Notes: generated from the sequence alone by a model not told the origin. Positions 18,894-30,450 are shown, counted from the whole stretch's first letter. The stretch is DNA of 63,445 nucleotides, filler included, from Deltaproteobacteria bacterium (GCA_030698575.1; 10 parts of 10 records of this genome joined end to end with filler, not necessarily neighbours in it), one strand, 5' to 3'. Program-made: numbers and translations.

Positions 18894-19507
18894 ATGGGGA
18901 AGACGCTCCTACTCGGCCTCGACAGCATGACGTTCACGGTTCTCGACGACCTCGTCGAAGAAGGGCGCCTTCCCTTCTTCGAGCGATGCCTGCGTGAAGG
19001 AGTGCGCGCGGATCTCATATCCACGCCCAATCCGCTCACCCCGCCGGCCTGGACCAGCATGATCACCGGCCAGGGCCCCGGCAAGCACGGCGTGTACGAC
19101 TTCATGCACTGGAGTGAACATGAGTTCGGCCCCTGGGGGCGGCTCGTCACGTCGAACGAAGTGCGCTGTGAGACCCTCGCCTCGATGGCGGATCGGCACG
19201 GAAAGCGGGCGATCTGGCTCAACTTCCCGCTCATGTTCCCCGCGCCGCGCATCAAGGGGTTCGTGGTGCCTGGATACATCACCGCCAGGCAGCTGCGAAC
19301 GAGTGTCTATCCCCGTCCGCTCTACGATCGGATGCGCGCGCTCCCTGATTTCGATCCCAAGGAGTTCAGCTGGAACATGGACGAGAACCGGCGGGCTGTG
19401 GACGGCCTCCCGCCGGAGGAATACGAGCGCTGGATCGGCTACTACATCAAGAAGGATCGCCACTGGTTCCACGTCGCCCGAATGCTCATAACGGAAGAGG
19501 AATGGGA
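18894..19507 (+). CDS. Alkaline phosphatase/nucleotide pyrophosphatase family protein (partial)
   Basis: LLLGLDS, TPPAWTSMITG.GPGKHGVYDF. Confidence 0.88.
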
Positions 19508-20041
19508 NNNNNNNNNNNNNNNNNNNNNNNNNNNNNNNNNNNNNNNNNNNNTTAATTAATTAANNNNNNNNNNNNNNNNNNNNNNNNNNNNNNNNNNNNN
19601 NNNNNNNCCCCAGGTCCGAGAAGTTCGCGCCCGAGCCCAGGACGGACGGCCGTCCTGCACGGGCGGGGCGGCATGTGGGGGCCTGCGGGGTGGGATCGGG
19701 CAGCGGCTGCGCCCCGGGCGTCGGTGGGCCGAGGCTCCGCAGGCCGAGCGGGCGGACGTGGGCGGCTGCGGCGGAGCGGGGGCACTCACTCATAGCGGGC
19801 GCAACACCGGGGCAGGTTCCGCGGATGGATGGTCAGGATCTCGGCGGTCCGCCCGTCAGGGGTCCTCTGGGGGCGGCTGAAATTACCTCTTGCGCTCGCA
19901 TCGCCCCTCCTCTGCGGCGCGAGCACGGGCGCAGACACTTCATCTGATCTGGGGAGCGGATGGATGATGCGCTCCCCAACACGGCCCAAGAAACTGAGGG
20001 CCCGACGCGCAACTCTTGCGCTATAGTGATTCGCCGAGGCC

Positions 20042-20671
20042 ATGAATACGGAGCCGTCGTTTTCGCACGCGCGGGCCTACCTCATGGAGGCCGGTGAGAT
20101 CTGCCTGCAGATCGACCACGATCTCATCGACCGCCTCGCGGGGGAGCTGGCGGCGCTCCGCGCGCGGGGCGGGCGCCTCTTCTTGCTCGGGGTGGGTGGG
20201 AGCGCGGCGAACTGCAGCCACGCCGTCAACGACTTCCGGAAGCTCTGCGGCATCGAGGCCTATACGCCGGTGGACAACGTCGCGGAGCTCACGGCGCGCA
20301 CCAACGACGAGGGATGGGACACCGTGTTCGGCCCATGGCTCGAGGTGAGCCAGGCGAACGACCGGGATGCTGTCTTCGTGCTGTCCGTGGGCGGCGGGGA
20401 CATCGAGCGGAACGTGAGCGTGAACCTGGTGCGGGGCCTGGACGAGGCCAAGCGCCGGGGCCTGCGCATCTACGGGGTGGTCGGCCGGGAGGGCGGATAC
20501 ACCAAGCAGATCGGGCACGTTGTGGTCGTCGTGCCCACAGTGAACTTTCGGCACGTCACGCCCCATACCGAAGCCTTCCAGGCGGTGGTGTGGCATTGCC
20601 TGGTCTGCCATCCCCAGTTGCAGATCGCTGCCACGAAGTGGGAACGCACGGTGCCGGAGGCGAAGCGCTGA
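20042..20671 (+). CDS. gmhA: SIS-domain phosphoheptose isomerase-like protein
   Basis: LGVGGSAANCSH, LTARTNDEGW, EAFQAVVWH. Confidence 0.8.
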   Translation: MNTEPSFSHARAYLMEAGEICLQIDHDLIDRLAGELAALRARGGRLFLLGVGGSAANCSHAVNDFRKLCGIEAYTPVDNVAELTARTNDEGWDTVFGPWLEVSQANDRDAVFVLSVGGGDIERNVSVNLVRGLDEAKRRGLRIYGVVGREGGYTKQIGHVVVVVPTVNFRHVTPHTEAFQAVVWHCLVCHPQLQIAATKWERTVPEAKR

Positions 20672-20676
20672 GCCCC

Positions 20677-20826
20677 ATGGCGGTCGCGGTGTTCCTGGAT
20701 CGCGACGGCGTGCTCACCCGCGCGGTGGTGCACGGTGGTAGGCCGCATCCGCCGATGACGCTCGCTCAGTGCGGGATCCTCTCCAGCGTGGCGGCCGGCT
20801 ACCGTGCCCTCTTCATCATCGAGTAG
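20677..20826 (+). pseudogene. Truncated HAD-IIIA heptose bisphosphate phosphatase (GmhB-like)
   Basis: AVFLDRDGV motif I present but only 49 aa. Confidence 0.7.
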
Positions 20827-20849
20827 CGAATCGGAGCAGGAGGGGCTGG

Positions 20850-21581
20850 ATGATTGATCTCGCCGCCCTCAGCGTGAAGATCTTCGCGGATGGTGCCGAC
20901 CTCGCGGGCATCAGGGCCATGGCCGCAACGCCGTGGGTCCGGGGATTCACGACCAATCCGACGCTGATGCGGAAGGCGGGGGTCCGCGACTACAGGGAGT
21001 TCGCGCTCCAAGTGCTGGAAGCGGTTCCTGACCGGCCCGTGTCCTTCGAGGTCTTCGCCGACGACCTCGACGAGATGGAGCGGCAGGCACGGGAGATCGC
21101 CCGGTGGGGGGTCAACGTCAACGTGAAGATTCCCGTGACGAACACGCGGCGGGAGTCCTCGGCTCCGGTGCTGCGGCGGCTGACGCAGTCCGGCGTGAAG
21201 GTGAACGTCACCGCCGTGTTCACGCTGGAGCAGGTCAAGGACGTGATCGAGGCCCTGGCGGAGGAGACACCGGCCATCATCTCGGTGTTCGCGGGTCGCA
21301 TCGCCGACACGGGGGTGGACCCGGTGCCGCTCATGCGCGAGGCGCTGAAGGTCATGCAGGCCCGCCCGCGGGCGGAACTCCTGTGGGCGAGTCCCCGAGA
21401 GGCGCTCAACGTCGTCCAGGCCCACGAGGCCGGGTGCCACATCATCACCGCGACCAGCGACATCCTTGCCAAGCTGTCGCTTCTCGGCAAGGACCACGAG
21501 CGATACTCCCTGGAGACCGTGGAGATGTTCCATCGGGACGCCAGGGCGGCGGGGTACACCATCCCCGACGCGGCCGCGTGA
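20850..21581 (+). CDS. Transaldolase family protein
   Basis: IFADGAD, GFTTNPTL, VKIP, VNVTAVF, LWAS. Confidence 0.92.
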   Translation: MIDLAALSVKIFADGADLAGIRAMAATPWVRGFTTNPTLMRKAGVRDYREFALQVLEAVPDRPVSFEVFADDLDEMERQAREIARWGVNVNVKIPVTNTRRESSAPVLRRLTQSGVKVNVTAVFTLEQVKDVIEALAEETPAIISVFAGRIADTGVDPVPLMREALKVMQARPRAELLWASPREALNVVQAHEAGCHIITATSDILAKLSLLGKDHERYSLETVEMFHRDARAAGYTIPDAAA

Positions 21582-21615
21582 GCGGGCGCGCCGGGACACG
21601 GGAGGGCAGCGGATC

Positions 21616-22611
21616 GTGAGAAACGTCCTGATCACGGGCGGCGCCGGCTACGTCGGCACGGTGCTGACACCCCAGCTCCTCGACGCCGGCTACAACGTCG
21701 CCGTCTACGACACCATGTACTACGGCTGCTACCTCCGCCCGCGGCCCCGCCTGCGGATCATCGAGGCGGACCTGCGCGACACGGGGCGGCTCCGCGACGC
21801 CCTCTGGGGAGTGGACGCCGTCATTCACCTGGCGTGCATCTCCAACGACCCCAGCTTCGAGCTGGACGAGGAGCTGAGCCGCACCATCAACTACGACTGC
21901 TTCGAGCCCTTGGTTGTGGCGGCCAGGGAGCAAGGCGTGCGGCGGTTCATCTACGCCTCGACCAGCTCGGTCTACGGCGTCTCGGAGGCGCCAGAGGTCA
22001 AGGAGGACCACCCGCTCGTGCCCCTGACGCTCTACAACAAGTACAAGGGCATGTGCGAGCCCCTGCTCTTCAAGCACCAGTCGAGCGAGTTCGTCTGCGT
22101 CACCATCCGCCCGGCGACGATCTGCGGCTACAGCCCGCGCATGCGCCTGGACCTCACCGTGAATATCCTGACCAACCACGCGGTGAACACGGGGAGGATC
22201 ACCGTGTTCGGCGGGGAGCAGCTGCGGCCGAACCTGCACATCCAGGACATGTGCGACCTCTATCGACTGCTCCTCGAGGTGCCGGACGAGAAGATCGCGG
22301 GGGAGACGTTCAACGCCGGCTACCAGAACCAGTCCGTGATGGACATCGCGACGACCGTCCGACGGGTCGTCCAGCAGGAATTCCCGGGCAAGGGCGAGAT
22401 CGATGTCGTGACCACGCCCACGAACGACATCCGCTCCTACCACATCAACTCGGACAAGATCGCCGCCCGCCTGGGCTTCCGGCCGAAGCGCGGGATCGAG
22501 GACGCGGTGCAGGACCTCTGCCGGGCCTTCAAGGCCGGGCTCCTCCCGGACAGCATGGCGGACGACCGCTACGTCAACGTGAGAGTTCTCAAGGGCAGCC
22601 GGGCCCACTGA
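21616..22611 (+). CDS. NAD-dependent epimerase/dehydratase
   Basis: ITGGAGYVG, YNKYK, RPNLHIQD. Confidence 0.92.
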   Translation: MRNVLITGGAGYVGTVLTPQLLDAGYNVAVYDTMYYGCYLRPRPRLRIIEADLRDTGRLRDALWGVDAVIHLACISNDPSFELDEELSRTINYDCFEPLVVAAREQGVRRFIYASTSSVYGVSEAPEVKEDHPLVPLTLYNKYKGMCEPLLFKHQSSEFVCVTIRPATICGYSPRMRLDLTVNILTNHAVNTGRITVFGGEQLRPNLHIQDMCDLYRLLLEVPDEKIAGETFNAGYQNQSVMDIATTVRRVVQQEFPGKGEIDVVTTPTNDIRSYHINSDKIAARLGFRPKRGIEDAVQDLCRAFKAGLLPDSMADDRYVNVRVLKGSRAH

Positions 22612-22889
22612 TGGGGAGGGCCCCTCTGGCTGTCGTCACCGGCGGGGCCGGGTTCATCGGCAGCCACACGGTGGACCTGCTCCTGGACCGCGGTTTCCGC
22701 GTGCACGTGATCGACAACCTCGTGGGCGGGCGGGAGGCCAACCTCGCGCGCCACCGGGGGAGCGCCGACCTCGTCCTCGATCGGCGCGACGTGCGAGCCC
22801 TCGAGGCGGGCGACGCGCTCTTCGCCGGCGCCACCTGCGTGTTCCACTTCGCCGGGATCGGCGACATCGTCCCCTCCATCGAGCGTCCC
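22611..22889 (+). CDS. NAD-dependent epimerase/dehydratase (partial)
   Basis: VTGGAGFIGSH, IDNL, FHFAG. Confidence 0.88.
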
Positions 22890-22989
22890 NNNNNNNNNNN
22901 NNNNNNNNNNNNNNNNNNNNNNNNNNNNNNNNNTTAATTAATTAANNNNNNNNNNNNNNNNNNNNNNNNNNNNNNNNNNNNNNNNNNNN

Positions 22990-23180
22990 ATTCCCGACAC
23001 GAAGACGGTCTGTTCCGGCGGAAGCTGCTCGGCCTCCAGCACTCGTTGCACACCGGTGAGAATGGCGTGGTCCCCGCAGCCGGGGCACCATCGCGGCGCG
23101 CCGCTGGAGTAATCCTGAAGGCCGTACTCATGCTCCTCGTCCTGTCCTGCCGTGAGCAGCGAGCAGCTGTTTCCCCTCAT
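22990..23180 (-). CDS. korB: 2-oxoacid:ferredoxin oxidoreductase beta subunit (partial)
   Basis: WCPGCGD...VFVSG; overlaps the alpha-subunit stop. Confidence 0.85.
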
Positions 23181-25093
23181 GCGGTCCTCCCCTTGAGCAG
23201 AACGTTGCGGATGACCTCGTGGATCCGTCCCGGTCTGAGCGGCTGGCCCGGCACCCGGGTCCAGCAGTCGACATCGACGAGCGTATTCGCCCGGAGAAGC
23301 CACGCGAGCTGGCCCATCCGCCGGTTCTCCGGCGTGATGTAGGGCGCGTCCGGTGCGTCGCTGTAGTTGATCTCCACCGTCATGACACGATTGAAGCGGC
23401 CGAAGATTTCCTTCAGGCCGGGCTGGAGCGGCGACAGGAAGGTGATGTTCGTCGAGGACACCCGATACCCCTCGGCCCTCGCCCGGTCGACCGCTTCCTC
23501 GATCGCCCCCTTGGTGCTGCCCCAGCCCACCACGAGGAGATCCCCGTCGGGGTCGCCGTGCAGGGCCGGCGGCCGGAGGGCCTTCTGGATCACTGCGAGC
23601 TTGCGGCTCCGCATGGCGCAGCCGCGCTCGTGTGCGTCCGGGTCATAAGCGATCTCGCTCGATTCGTCGTGGGCCAGACCCGTGAGCGTGTGCATGCCCC
23701 CGGGTTGGCCCGGGATGATCCGGTGCGAGAGCCCGGTGTCTGGATCCCAGTCGAAGGGGCGGGCGCCCTGCGCCACCGGACTCTGGTCGATGGGCCCCGC
23801 CATCCAGCGCGGGTCGACTTCCGGCCGCGGATAGGGCTGGACGCCTGAGGCAAGGTTTGCGTCCGAGAGCACGATGACGACGCACCGGAACGTCTCGGCA
23901 ATGCGCCGCGCGGTGATCATGAGATGAAAGCACTCGTCGATGGTGGCCGGCGCGATCACCACCCGCGGCGCATCGCCCGGCTGGCCGAACAGCGCGGCGA
24001 GCAGGTCGGACTGCTCCACCTTCGTGGGCAGCCCCGTGCTCGGCCCTCCCCGCTGCACGTCGACGACCACCAGGGGGATCTCGCCCATCACCGCGAGACC
24101 CAGAAACTCGGTCTTGAGGGCGAGCCCCGGTCCCGACGTGACCGTGAAGGCGACCTTGCCCGCGTAGGACGCCCCGATCGCCACGCCCGCCGCTGCGATC
24201 TCGTCCTCGGCCTGGTGAACCATGCCGCCGAACTCTTCGAAGATATCGCTCAGGTAGTGGCTTACGCTGGTCGCGGGCGTGATGGGATACATCGCGCAGA
24301 GATCCATCCCGGCCGCAATCGCGCCGAGGGCCACGGCCTGGTTCCCGTTGGTCACCAGCATTGGCCCCTCTGGTTTGGTGGCGGGCACATCGAAACGAAA
24401 GTCGAGATTGTCGTTGGCCCAGCGGTATCCGAGATCGAGGAGATCATGGTTGATCTTCACGACGTCCGGGGACTTCTTCCGGAAGGACTGCGCGATGAGG
24501 TCCATGATGAGCGCGACGTCTCGCTGGTACAGGCAGGCCAGCATCCCCAGAACGAACATATTCTTGCCGCGGCGGGGCGTGTCAACGATCTCGAGGCACG
24601 CCTCCTCTATAGGCACCTCGATCAGCCTGTAGGAACGGCCCGCCAGCTCCTTCATCCCCTTTTGCCACTCCTCGCGGATGCGCTCGTCGTCGTGCCTGGA
24701 CCAGAGGCTGTCGAGCAGGATGATCGCGTCATCCGACAACGCATCCAGGCGGTGGCGCCCGAGCAGAACTTGCTCGTTGAACGCGACGACCAGGCCGGCC
24801 TGATCGCCCCAGTTCGTGACCGGTCCGCTGCCGATCCGGATCCGGTTGCCGCTCCCGCCGGCCGGCGAGCGGGCCGGCGGCTGAATTTCGGCCGGGATGA
24901 TCTCCACGGTCCACACGCCGTTGCCCATGCGCGCGGAAACCTGCCCGAAGATCTGGCCGCACTTCTGCGCGCCCTCTCCGGGGTCGGAAACTATCTCGAT
25001 GGTATGCTCGGAAAGCTTGATGAGGCGGGGTTCAGGCGGCGCCACGCCCGCGGCACCGCCGTCGGGAGCCGAGGTAGAAGGGGTCTCCGTCAC
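23177..25093 (-). CDS. korA: 2-oxoacid:acceptor oxidoreductase alpha (gamma-alpha fusion)
   Basis: YPITPAT, QAEDE, TSGPG, QRGGPSTGLPT, WGST. Confidence 0.92.
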   Translation of the reverse strand: MTETPSTSAPDGGAAGVAPPEPRLIKLSEHTIEIVSDPGEGAQKCGQIFGQVSARMGNGVWTVEIIPAEIQPPARSPAGGSGNRIRIGSGPVTNWGDQAGLVVAFNEQVLLGRHRLDALSDDAIILLDSLWSRHDDERIREEWQKGMKELAGRSYRLIEVPIEEACLEIVDTPRRGKNMFVLGMLACLYQRDVALIMDLIAQSFRKKSPDVVKINHDLLDLGYRWANDNLDFRFDVPATKPEGPMLVTNGNQAVALGAIAAGMDLCAMYPITPATSVSHYLSDIFEEFGGMVHQAEDEIAAAGVAIGASYAGKVAFTVTSGPGLALKTEFLGLAVMGEIPLVVVDVQRGGPSTGLPTKVEQSDLLAALFGQPGDAPRVVIAPATIDECFHLMITARRIAETFRCVVIVLSDANLASGVQPYPRPEVDPRWMAGPIDQSPVAQGARPFDWDPDTGLSHRIIPGQPGGMHTLTGLAHDESSEIAYDPDAHERGCAMRSRKLAVIQKALRPPALHGDPDGDLLVVGWGSTKGAIEEAVDRARAEGYRVSSTNITFLSPLQPGLKEIFGRFNRVMTVEINYSDAPDAPYITPENRRMGQLAWLLRANTLVDVDCWTRVPGQPLRPGRIHEVIRNVLLKGRTA

Positions 25094-25399
25094 GTTCTCC
25101 GATCCTTGTCCGATGCGTCCAGGCCGTCGTGCTCGATCATGCGCCCCCGGCGGATGCATCCGGAATGGGCCGGCAGGGCGCAGCCTGCCCTAAGCTAGTC
25201 ACTCTCATGTGTTTTGCCACTCCCCTACCGATTTTATCGACCAGTGGCTCCCTCTTAATTAGCAAGATTCATGCCCACTCTTCTTGCGGAACGAACTGGA
25301 GATCCTCTGGGATTTCGACCGCAGGTTTTACACTACCGAAGGCAGCGCTGTGAAAAATTTGCACGGATTGGGCCCGCCGGGAGGGGAAAGTCTGGAAGC

Positions 25400-26647
25400 T
25401 TATTCGTAGCGGAGGGCTTCGATGGGATCCAGCCGGCTTGCCTTGCGGGCGGGATAGACGCCGAAGAATACGCCTACGATGAGCGAGAAGGACCAGGCCA
25501 GCAGGACGGACCAGAGGGGCACTTCAGCGGGGAGGTTCTCCGCCAGCGAGCGCACGAGCGCGGCGCCACCCACGCCGAGCAGGATGCCGAGCGTCCCGCC
25601 CACCGAGCCGAGCACGGCCGCCTCCACGAGAAATTGCCGCAGGATGTCGGAGCTGCGCGCGCCCACGGCCTTCCGCACGCCGATCTCGCGGGTTCTCTCC
25701 CGCACGCTCACCAGCAGGATGTTCATGATTCCGATTCCGCCCACGAATAGCGAGATGCCCGCGATGCTGCCGAGCGCGTAGGTGAGGATGTTCATGATCC
25801 CCTCGAGCGTTTGAAGCATGCTCGCCTGGCTCGTGATCGTGAAGTCCTCCGTGTCGTTGTGCCGATCCTTGAGAATGCGGCGGATCTCCCCCGTCGCCTC
25901 GTCAAGTTCGGCATGCGAGGACACCTTGACGAGAATCTCGAAGAGCCCCTCTTTCTGGAAGAGATCCTGCGCGCTGCGAACCGGGAGATAGACCAGATCA
26001 TCGACGTCGAAACCGAGGGAGCGCCCCTTGGGCTCCATGAGGCCGATCACCCGATACTTTCGCTCGCTCACCCGCACGAACTTCCCGAGCGGATTGTCTC
26101 CCCCGAACAGCTCCCGCGCCACGACCCGCCCGAGCAGGGCGACCCGCCGTCGGGCTTCCACGTCTTCCCGCGTGAAGAAACTCCCCACGTCGGCGTGGAT
26201 GCCCCGCACCTCCTGGAACTCCTCGTTGACTCCGATCACGTTCACATCGCGGGTGCGGTTGGCGAACTTGACCTCGGCGGTGCCGAAGGCGACCGGCACG
26301 ACCCCGGAGAGATTGCGCGCCTGCCGGCGCAGGTAAGTGGCGTCGCGGTAGGTGAGCTTGTGAACGTTGTCGGAGCCGAACTGCGGGGCGACGCCGCGGG
26401 TCTCGATCTTGCCGGGCGTCACGATGAGCAGGTTCGTTCCCATGCCGGCGAACTGATCGTAGACGTAGTTCTTCGCGCCCTGGCCGATCCCGACCAGGAG
26501 GATGACGCTCGCGACGCCGATGGTGACCCCGAGCAGGGTGAGCCCGGTGCGGACCGGGTTCACGCGCGCGGTCTCGAGGGCCAGTCGGAAGGCTTCGGCA
26601 ATGGACATGGATGCCCCACTGGCGGTGCTAGGAGGCGCGGTGGTCAC
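25400..26647 (-). CDS. MacB/FtsX-family ABC permease
   Basis: [28 protein letters not shown]...DPIEALRYE. Confidence 0.93.
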   Translation of the reverse strand: MTTAPPSTASGASMSIAEAFRLALETARVNPVRTGLTLLGVTIGVASVILLVGIGQGAKNYVYDQFAGMGTNLLIVTPGKIETRGVAPQFGSDNVHKLTYRDATYLRRQARNLSGVVPVAFGTAEVKFANRTRDVNVIGVNEEFQEVRGIHADVGSFFTREDVEARRRVALLGRVVARELFGGDNPLGKFVRVSERKYRVIGLMEPKGRSLGFDVDDLVYLPVRSAQDLFQKEGLFEILVKVSSHAELDEATGEIRRILKDRHNDTEDFTITSQASMLQTLEGIMNILTYALGSIAGISLFVGGIGIMNILLVSVRERTREIGVRKAVGARSSDILRQFLVEAAVLGSVGGTLGILLGVGGAALVRSLAENLPAEVPLWSVLLAWSFSLIVGVFFGVYPARKASRLDPIEALRYE

Positions 26648-27335
26648 TCACCGCAAGTCCGTCCCGGATCTCCACGATGCGGCGGGCGCGGGCGGCGACG
26701 TCGGCTTCATGCGTGATCACGATGAGGGTCATCCGGGTTTCTTCGTTGAGCTGCTGGAACAGATCGAGGATCTCGGCCCCCACCTTGCTGTCGAGGTTGC
26801 CCGTCGGCTCGTCGGCCAGCAGAATTTCCGGCCGCTGCACGAGGGCCCGGGCGATCGCCACGCGCTGGCGCTGGCCGCCCGAAAGCTGCGCCGGAACGTG
26901 CGTCATCCGATCTTCTAGCCCGACGCGCAGCAGCGCCTCTTCGGCGGCGGCGCGACGCGCGCGCCTGTCCGGCGGCGCCCCGGCTTCGCCGATGTGCGGG
27001 CGGCGGTAGAGCAGGGGGAGGGCGACGTTCGCGAGGGCGTCGTAGGCGGGGAGGAGGTTGAAGGTCTGGAACACGAACCCGATCTTCTCGTTTCGTATCC
27101 TGGCCAGCTCGTCGTCGTCAAAGGCCGAGACGTCACGGCCGTCGAGCAGGTAGGTCCCCGAGGTGGGCGAATCGAGGCACCCGAGCAGCGCCATGAGTGT
27201 GGACTTGCCCGATCCCGAGGGTCCCATGACGGAAAGGAACTCGCCTCTCTCCACCCGCAGTGTGACGCCGCGCAGTGCATCGACGCGGCCATGGGGGGTC
27301 TCGTAGGTCTTCGTGATGTCCCGGGTGTCGATCAT
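26628..27335 (-). CDS. ABC transporter ATP-binding protein (MacB/LolD type)
   Basis: [25 protein letters not shown]. Confidence 0.95.
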   Translation of the reverse strand: MIDTRDITKTYETPHGRVDALRGVTLRVERGEFLSVMGPSGSGKSTLMALLGCLDSPTSGTYLLDGRDVSAFDDDELARIRNEKIGFVFQTFNLLPAYDALANVALPLLYRRPHIGEAGAPPDRRARRAAAEEALLRVGLEDRMTHVPAQLSGGQRQRVAIARALVQRPEILLADEPTGNLDSKVGAEILDLFQQLNEETRMTLIVITHEADVAARARRIVEIRDGLAVSDHRAS

Positions 27336-27354
27336 TTGCTTACCGGTCTGGCGC

Positions 27355-28533
27355 TTACCCGCCTGGCTTCTCGCCCGACTCCTCCACGCTGACCCGGGCG
27401 CCCTCGCGCACCGACTTGTCATTCAGCGACGTTATCACCAGCTCGCCTTCCGAGAGGCCCGAGGTGACTTCCGAGGTTTCCCAGTTGGAAAGTCCCGTCA
27501 CTATCTCTCGCTCCCGGGCCCTTCCCCCCTCGGCCGTGAGCACGAATTTCTTTCCCGAGCGCTCGATGACGGCGAAAGTCGGAACGTAGAGCACCGAGTC
27601 GTTCTGCGCCAGGATGACCTCCACGTCCACGCTCATGCCCAGCTTGAAGGCCCCGATGCCCCCGCTCTCATCCTGCGTGCCTCCGGGGTCGTCCCTGTCC
27701 AGCGCGACCTTGATCTGGATGGTCCGGTTGGTTTCCGTGCCCGTCGAGACAATCGGAGAGATCTCGTACACCCGGCCGTAGAAGACCTGATCAGGGTAGG
27801 CGTCGGGGATGAGCCTTGCGCGCTGCTCCAGCCGAACCTTCGCGGCGTCGATCTCGTCGATCGGCGCCGCGACGTGCGTCCGCGAGTCGTCCGCGACCTC
27901 GAGGATCTTGCTCCCGATCGTGACGGTGTCGCCCTCATCGATGTGAATTTCCGTCACGATCCCGTCGAAGGGCGATTTCACCTCCGCCTTGTCGTGCCGT
28001 ATGCGGGAGACCGCGACCCGCCGGTCGAGCTCGGAAGCCGTCGCTTGCGCTTCCTCGACCCCGCGCGCCGAAACCTTGGCCTCGAGAACGGCCGCGTCGA
28101 GGAGGCGCCGGGAAAGGACGCGCTGCTGGTAGAGCGCCTCGGTGCGGCGGAGCTCGCGTTCGGCTTCCTTCCGCTTCGCCACCGCCTGCGCCAGCCGGGC
28201 GCGCGCCGCGGCGCGGCCGGCCACTGCCGCGGCCAGCTCCTCTTTGCGCTCCTCCGGATCCAGCGTCACCAGCACCTCTCCGGCCCGAACGCGCTGTCCT
28301 TCCTGGACGCGCTTTTCCATCACGCGCGCGATGAACTCCGCGCTCAGACTCGCGCTTGCCCGCGGCTCGACCGAGCCCGATGTGGTGCTGGTGATCGTCG
28401 ACACCACGGGGCCGCGCTGGACGGCGGCCACGCGCACAGGTATCGCGCTGCCTGAGCGTGAGAGGAAGAGATAAGCGAGTACCGCGAGGACGAGGAGGGT
28501 GGCGAAAAGGGCTTTATGGCGGGGCAGGATCAA
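27355..28533 (-). CDS. Efflux periplasmic adaptor (MacA/HlyD-like)
   Basis: N-terminal TM, VQEGQRV.AG, coiled hairpin, SPFDGIV. Confidence 0.9.
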   Translation of the reverse strand: MILPRHKALFATLLVLAVLAYLFLSRSGSAIPVRVAAVQRGPVVSTITSTTSGSVEPRASASLSAEFIARVMEKRVQEGQRVRAGEVLVTLDPEERKEELAAAVAGRAAARARLAQAVAKRKEAERELRRTEALYQQRVLSRRLLDAAVLEAKVSARGVEEAQATASELDRRVAVSRIRHDKAEVKSPFDGIVTEIHIDEGDTVTIGSKILEVADDSRTHVAAPIDEIDAAKVRLEQRARLIPDAYPDQVFYGRVYEISPIVSTGTETNRTIQIKVALDRDDPGGTQDESGGIGAFKLGMSVDVEVILAQNDSVLYVPTFAVIERSGKKFVLTAEGGRAREREIVTGLSNWETSEVTSGLSEGELVITSLNDKSVREGARVSVEESGEKPGG

Positions 28534-28542
28534 TGACCGGAA

Positions 28543-30450
28543 TTACTCCTCCTTGAGGAAGTCGATGTCGAGGTTGTCCAGGGTGGCGCCGGTGGCGCGG
28601 GCGAGCTCGGAGAGCGCGATCTTGTGCGCGGTCAGCGCCCCGATCTCTTCGCGGCGCCGCTCGGTGAGGTCCGTCTGGAAAGTGAGGACCTCGAAGTTCG
28701 TCGAGAGCCCCACCGCCAGCTTCTTTTCTTCGGCGATGAGCTGTTCCTCGGCCAGGCGGCGCGCTTCACGCGTCGAGAGAACGGCCCGCGCGCTGGCCTC
28801 GAGGGTGTCGATCACGTCCTTCACCTGGAGCGTGGCGGTCTGCTCGGTTTGGGTGAGCTTCTTCTCCGACTTGTTGAGCTCGAGCTTGCTCCGCGCATGC
28901 AGCGCCCGCGCCTCGCGGTTGCCGATCGGGTAGGTGATGAAGAGCCCGACCGACCAGAAGCTGAACTGGTCGTCGTCGAAGAATGTGCTCGTGGAGTCGA
29001 GGAAGCTCGACTTGCCCGCGAAAGGAGTGAAGGGGACGCCCGCTCCCGCAGGCAGCGGGCTGAATGGGGTGATAATCGAACTGGGGTCGCCGGCCAGCCC
29101 CTGGAGGCCCGTCGAAGCCCGCAACTCGACCGAAGGGAGCAAGTTGTTCTTGGCGCCCTTCTCGGCCAGCGTCTTGTCCTGCACCTCCAGGGCCGCCACA
29201 TGCAGGTCCGGCCGGCGGGTAAGCGCGGTGTCGAGGCTCTGCTGGAAGTCGACCTCGCGGGGCGTGAAGACAGGCTCGTCGGTCGTCTCGATGCGAACGT
29301 CCTGCGTGAGAAGCCGGTTGTCGCCCGTCGTCAGGCGCAGGAGGTTGTTCTGCGCCTTCCGCACGTCGTTCTCGGCCACGATCACGCTGGTCTCGGCGGC
29401 CTTCATCTGCGCCTCGGCCTGGAGGACGTCGATGGGCGCCATGGTGCCGACCCTTACCTGAATCTGATTCTGCCGGAGGAGATCCTCCGCCAGCCTGAGC
29501 CCGAGGCGCTCGACCTTGAGGGTCTCCCGCGCCTGGACGAGCCGCCAGTAAGCCGACTCGACCTCGAACATCGAATTGATCACCTGCTGCCGCAGCGCCT
29601 CTTCCGACTGCGACCGGCCGATCTGTGACCGGCGCAGCAGAATCCGGTTGACGTTCCATCCGAAATTCTTGGCGAGGTTCTGCGAGATTGAGAGCGCCAG
29701 CACCGGCTCGAAGGTGTCGACGAGGCTCGAGATGGGCGAATTGGTGTCCGTTCGCACGGTCAGCAACTCGGCCCGCACGATGCCGCCGATGGTCGTGGGC
29801 TGGTTCACGCCGAAGGACCACTCGGTGATCTGCTCCGAGAGCGCGCCGGTGGGGAAGAAGATGCTGGCGACCGGCGTGTCCCGATCGGTGTAGTTGATGC
29901 TCGAATCGAAGATGGGATCGAAAAGCCGGGCCTTGACGGCGACCACGTCGCGATCGAGGAGCAGCGGGTTGTAGCGCTCCACCACGATGTCGAGGTTGTA
30001 GGCGAGCGCGGCCTCGACCGCCTCCTTAAGCGAGAGCTTGATGAGCCGTCCCGCCGGCGGGAAGGGCGCGCCGGCGTACTCCGCCGACTCCTCCCGGCGC
30101 GCCTTGCGCGACGCTTCCGACTCGAATTCTCCGGCAAGCCCCAGCATCGCGCCCGTGACGTCGGAAGAATCTGCTTCGTCCCCGGACGCAGCGGCAGCTT
30201 CATCGCTCGCTGTGTCCGCCGTCCCCGCGTCCCGTGGCGGAGCGGCGGGAACATCGACGGGGTCCGTGGCTCCCCCCGCACCCAGGAATTTGGTCTCCTC
30301 GGCGCCCGCGGGCGGGGCGGCCAGGAGGAAGGCGATCGCGACGAGCAAGATCGCCACGGCCTGAGCCCCGCGAACCGTCCGCGCGGGCGCGGCCGTTTCC
30401 GGATCAATGCAGGACGATCTCGTGATTGAATCGAACGGAAACGAGCGCAT
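28543..30450 (-). CDS. TolC-family outer membrane protein
   Basis: LSLKEAVEAAL.YN, two OEP repeats; operon with adaptor and ABC genes; start uncertain. Confidence 0.88.
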   Translation of the reverse strand: MRSFPFDSITRSSCIDPETAAPARTVRGAQAVAILLVAIAFLLAAPPAGAEETKFLGAGGATDPVDVPAAPPRDAGTADTASDEAAAASGDEADSSDVTGAMLGLAGEFESEASRKARREESAEYAGAPFPPAGRLIKLSLKEAVEAALAYNLDIVVERYNPLLLDRDVVAVKARLFDPIFDSSINYTDRDTPVASIFFPTGALSEQITEWSFGVNQPTTIGGIVRAELLTVRTDTNSPISSLVDTFEPVLALSISQNLAKNFGWNVNRILLRRSQIGRSQSEEALRQQVINSMFEVESAYWRLVQARETLKVERLGLRLAEDLLRQNQIQVRVGTMAPIDVLQAEAQMKAAETSVIVAENDVRKAQNNLLRLTTGDNRLLTQDVRIETTDEPVFTPREVDFQQSLDTALTRRPDLHVAALEVQDKTLAEKGAKNNLLPSVELRASTGLQGLAGDPSSIITPFSPLPAGAGVPFTPFAGKSSFLDSTSTFFDDDQFSFWSVGLFITYPIGNREARALHARSKLELNKSEKKLTQTEQTATLQVKDVIDTLEASARAVLSTREARRLAEEQLIAEEKKLAVGLSTNFEVLTFQTDLTERRREEIGALTAHKIALSELARATGATLDNLDIDFLKEE

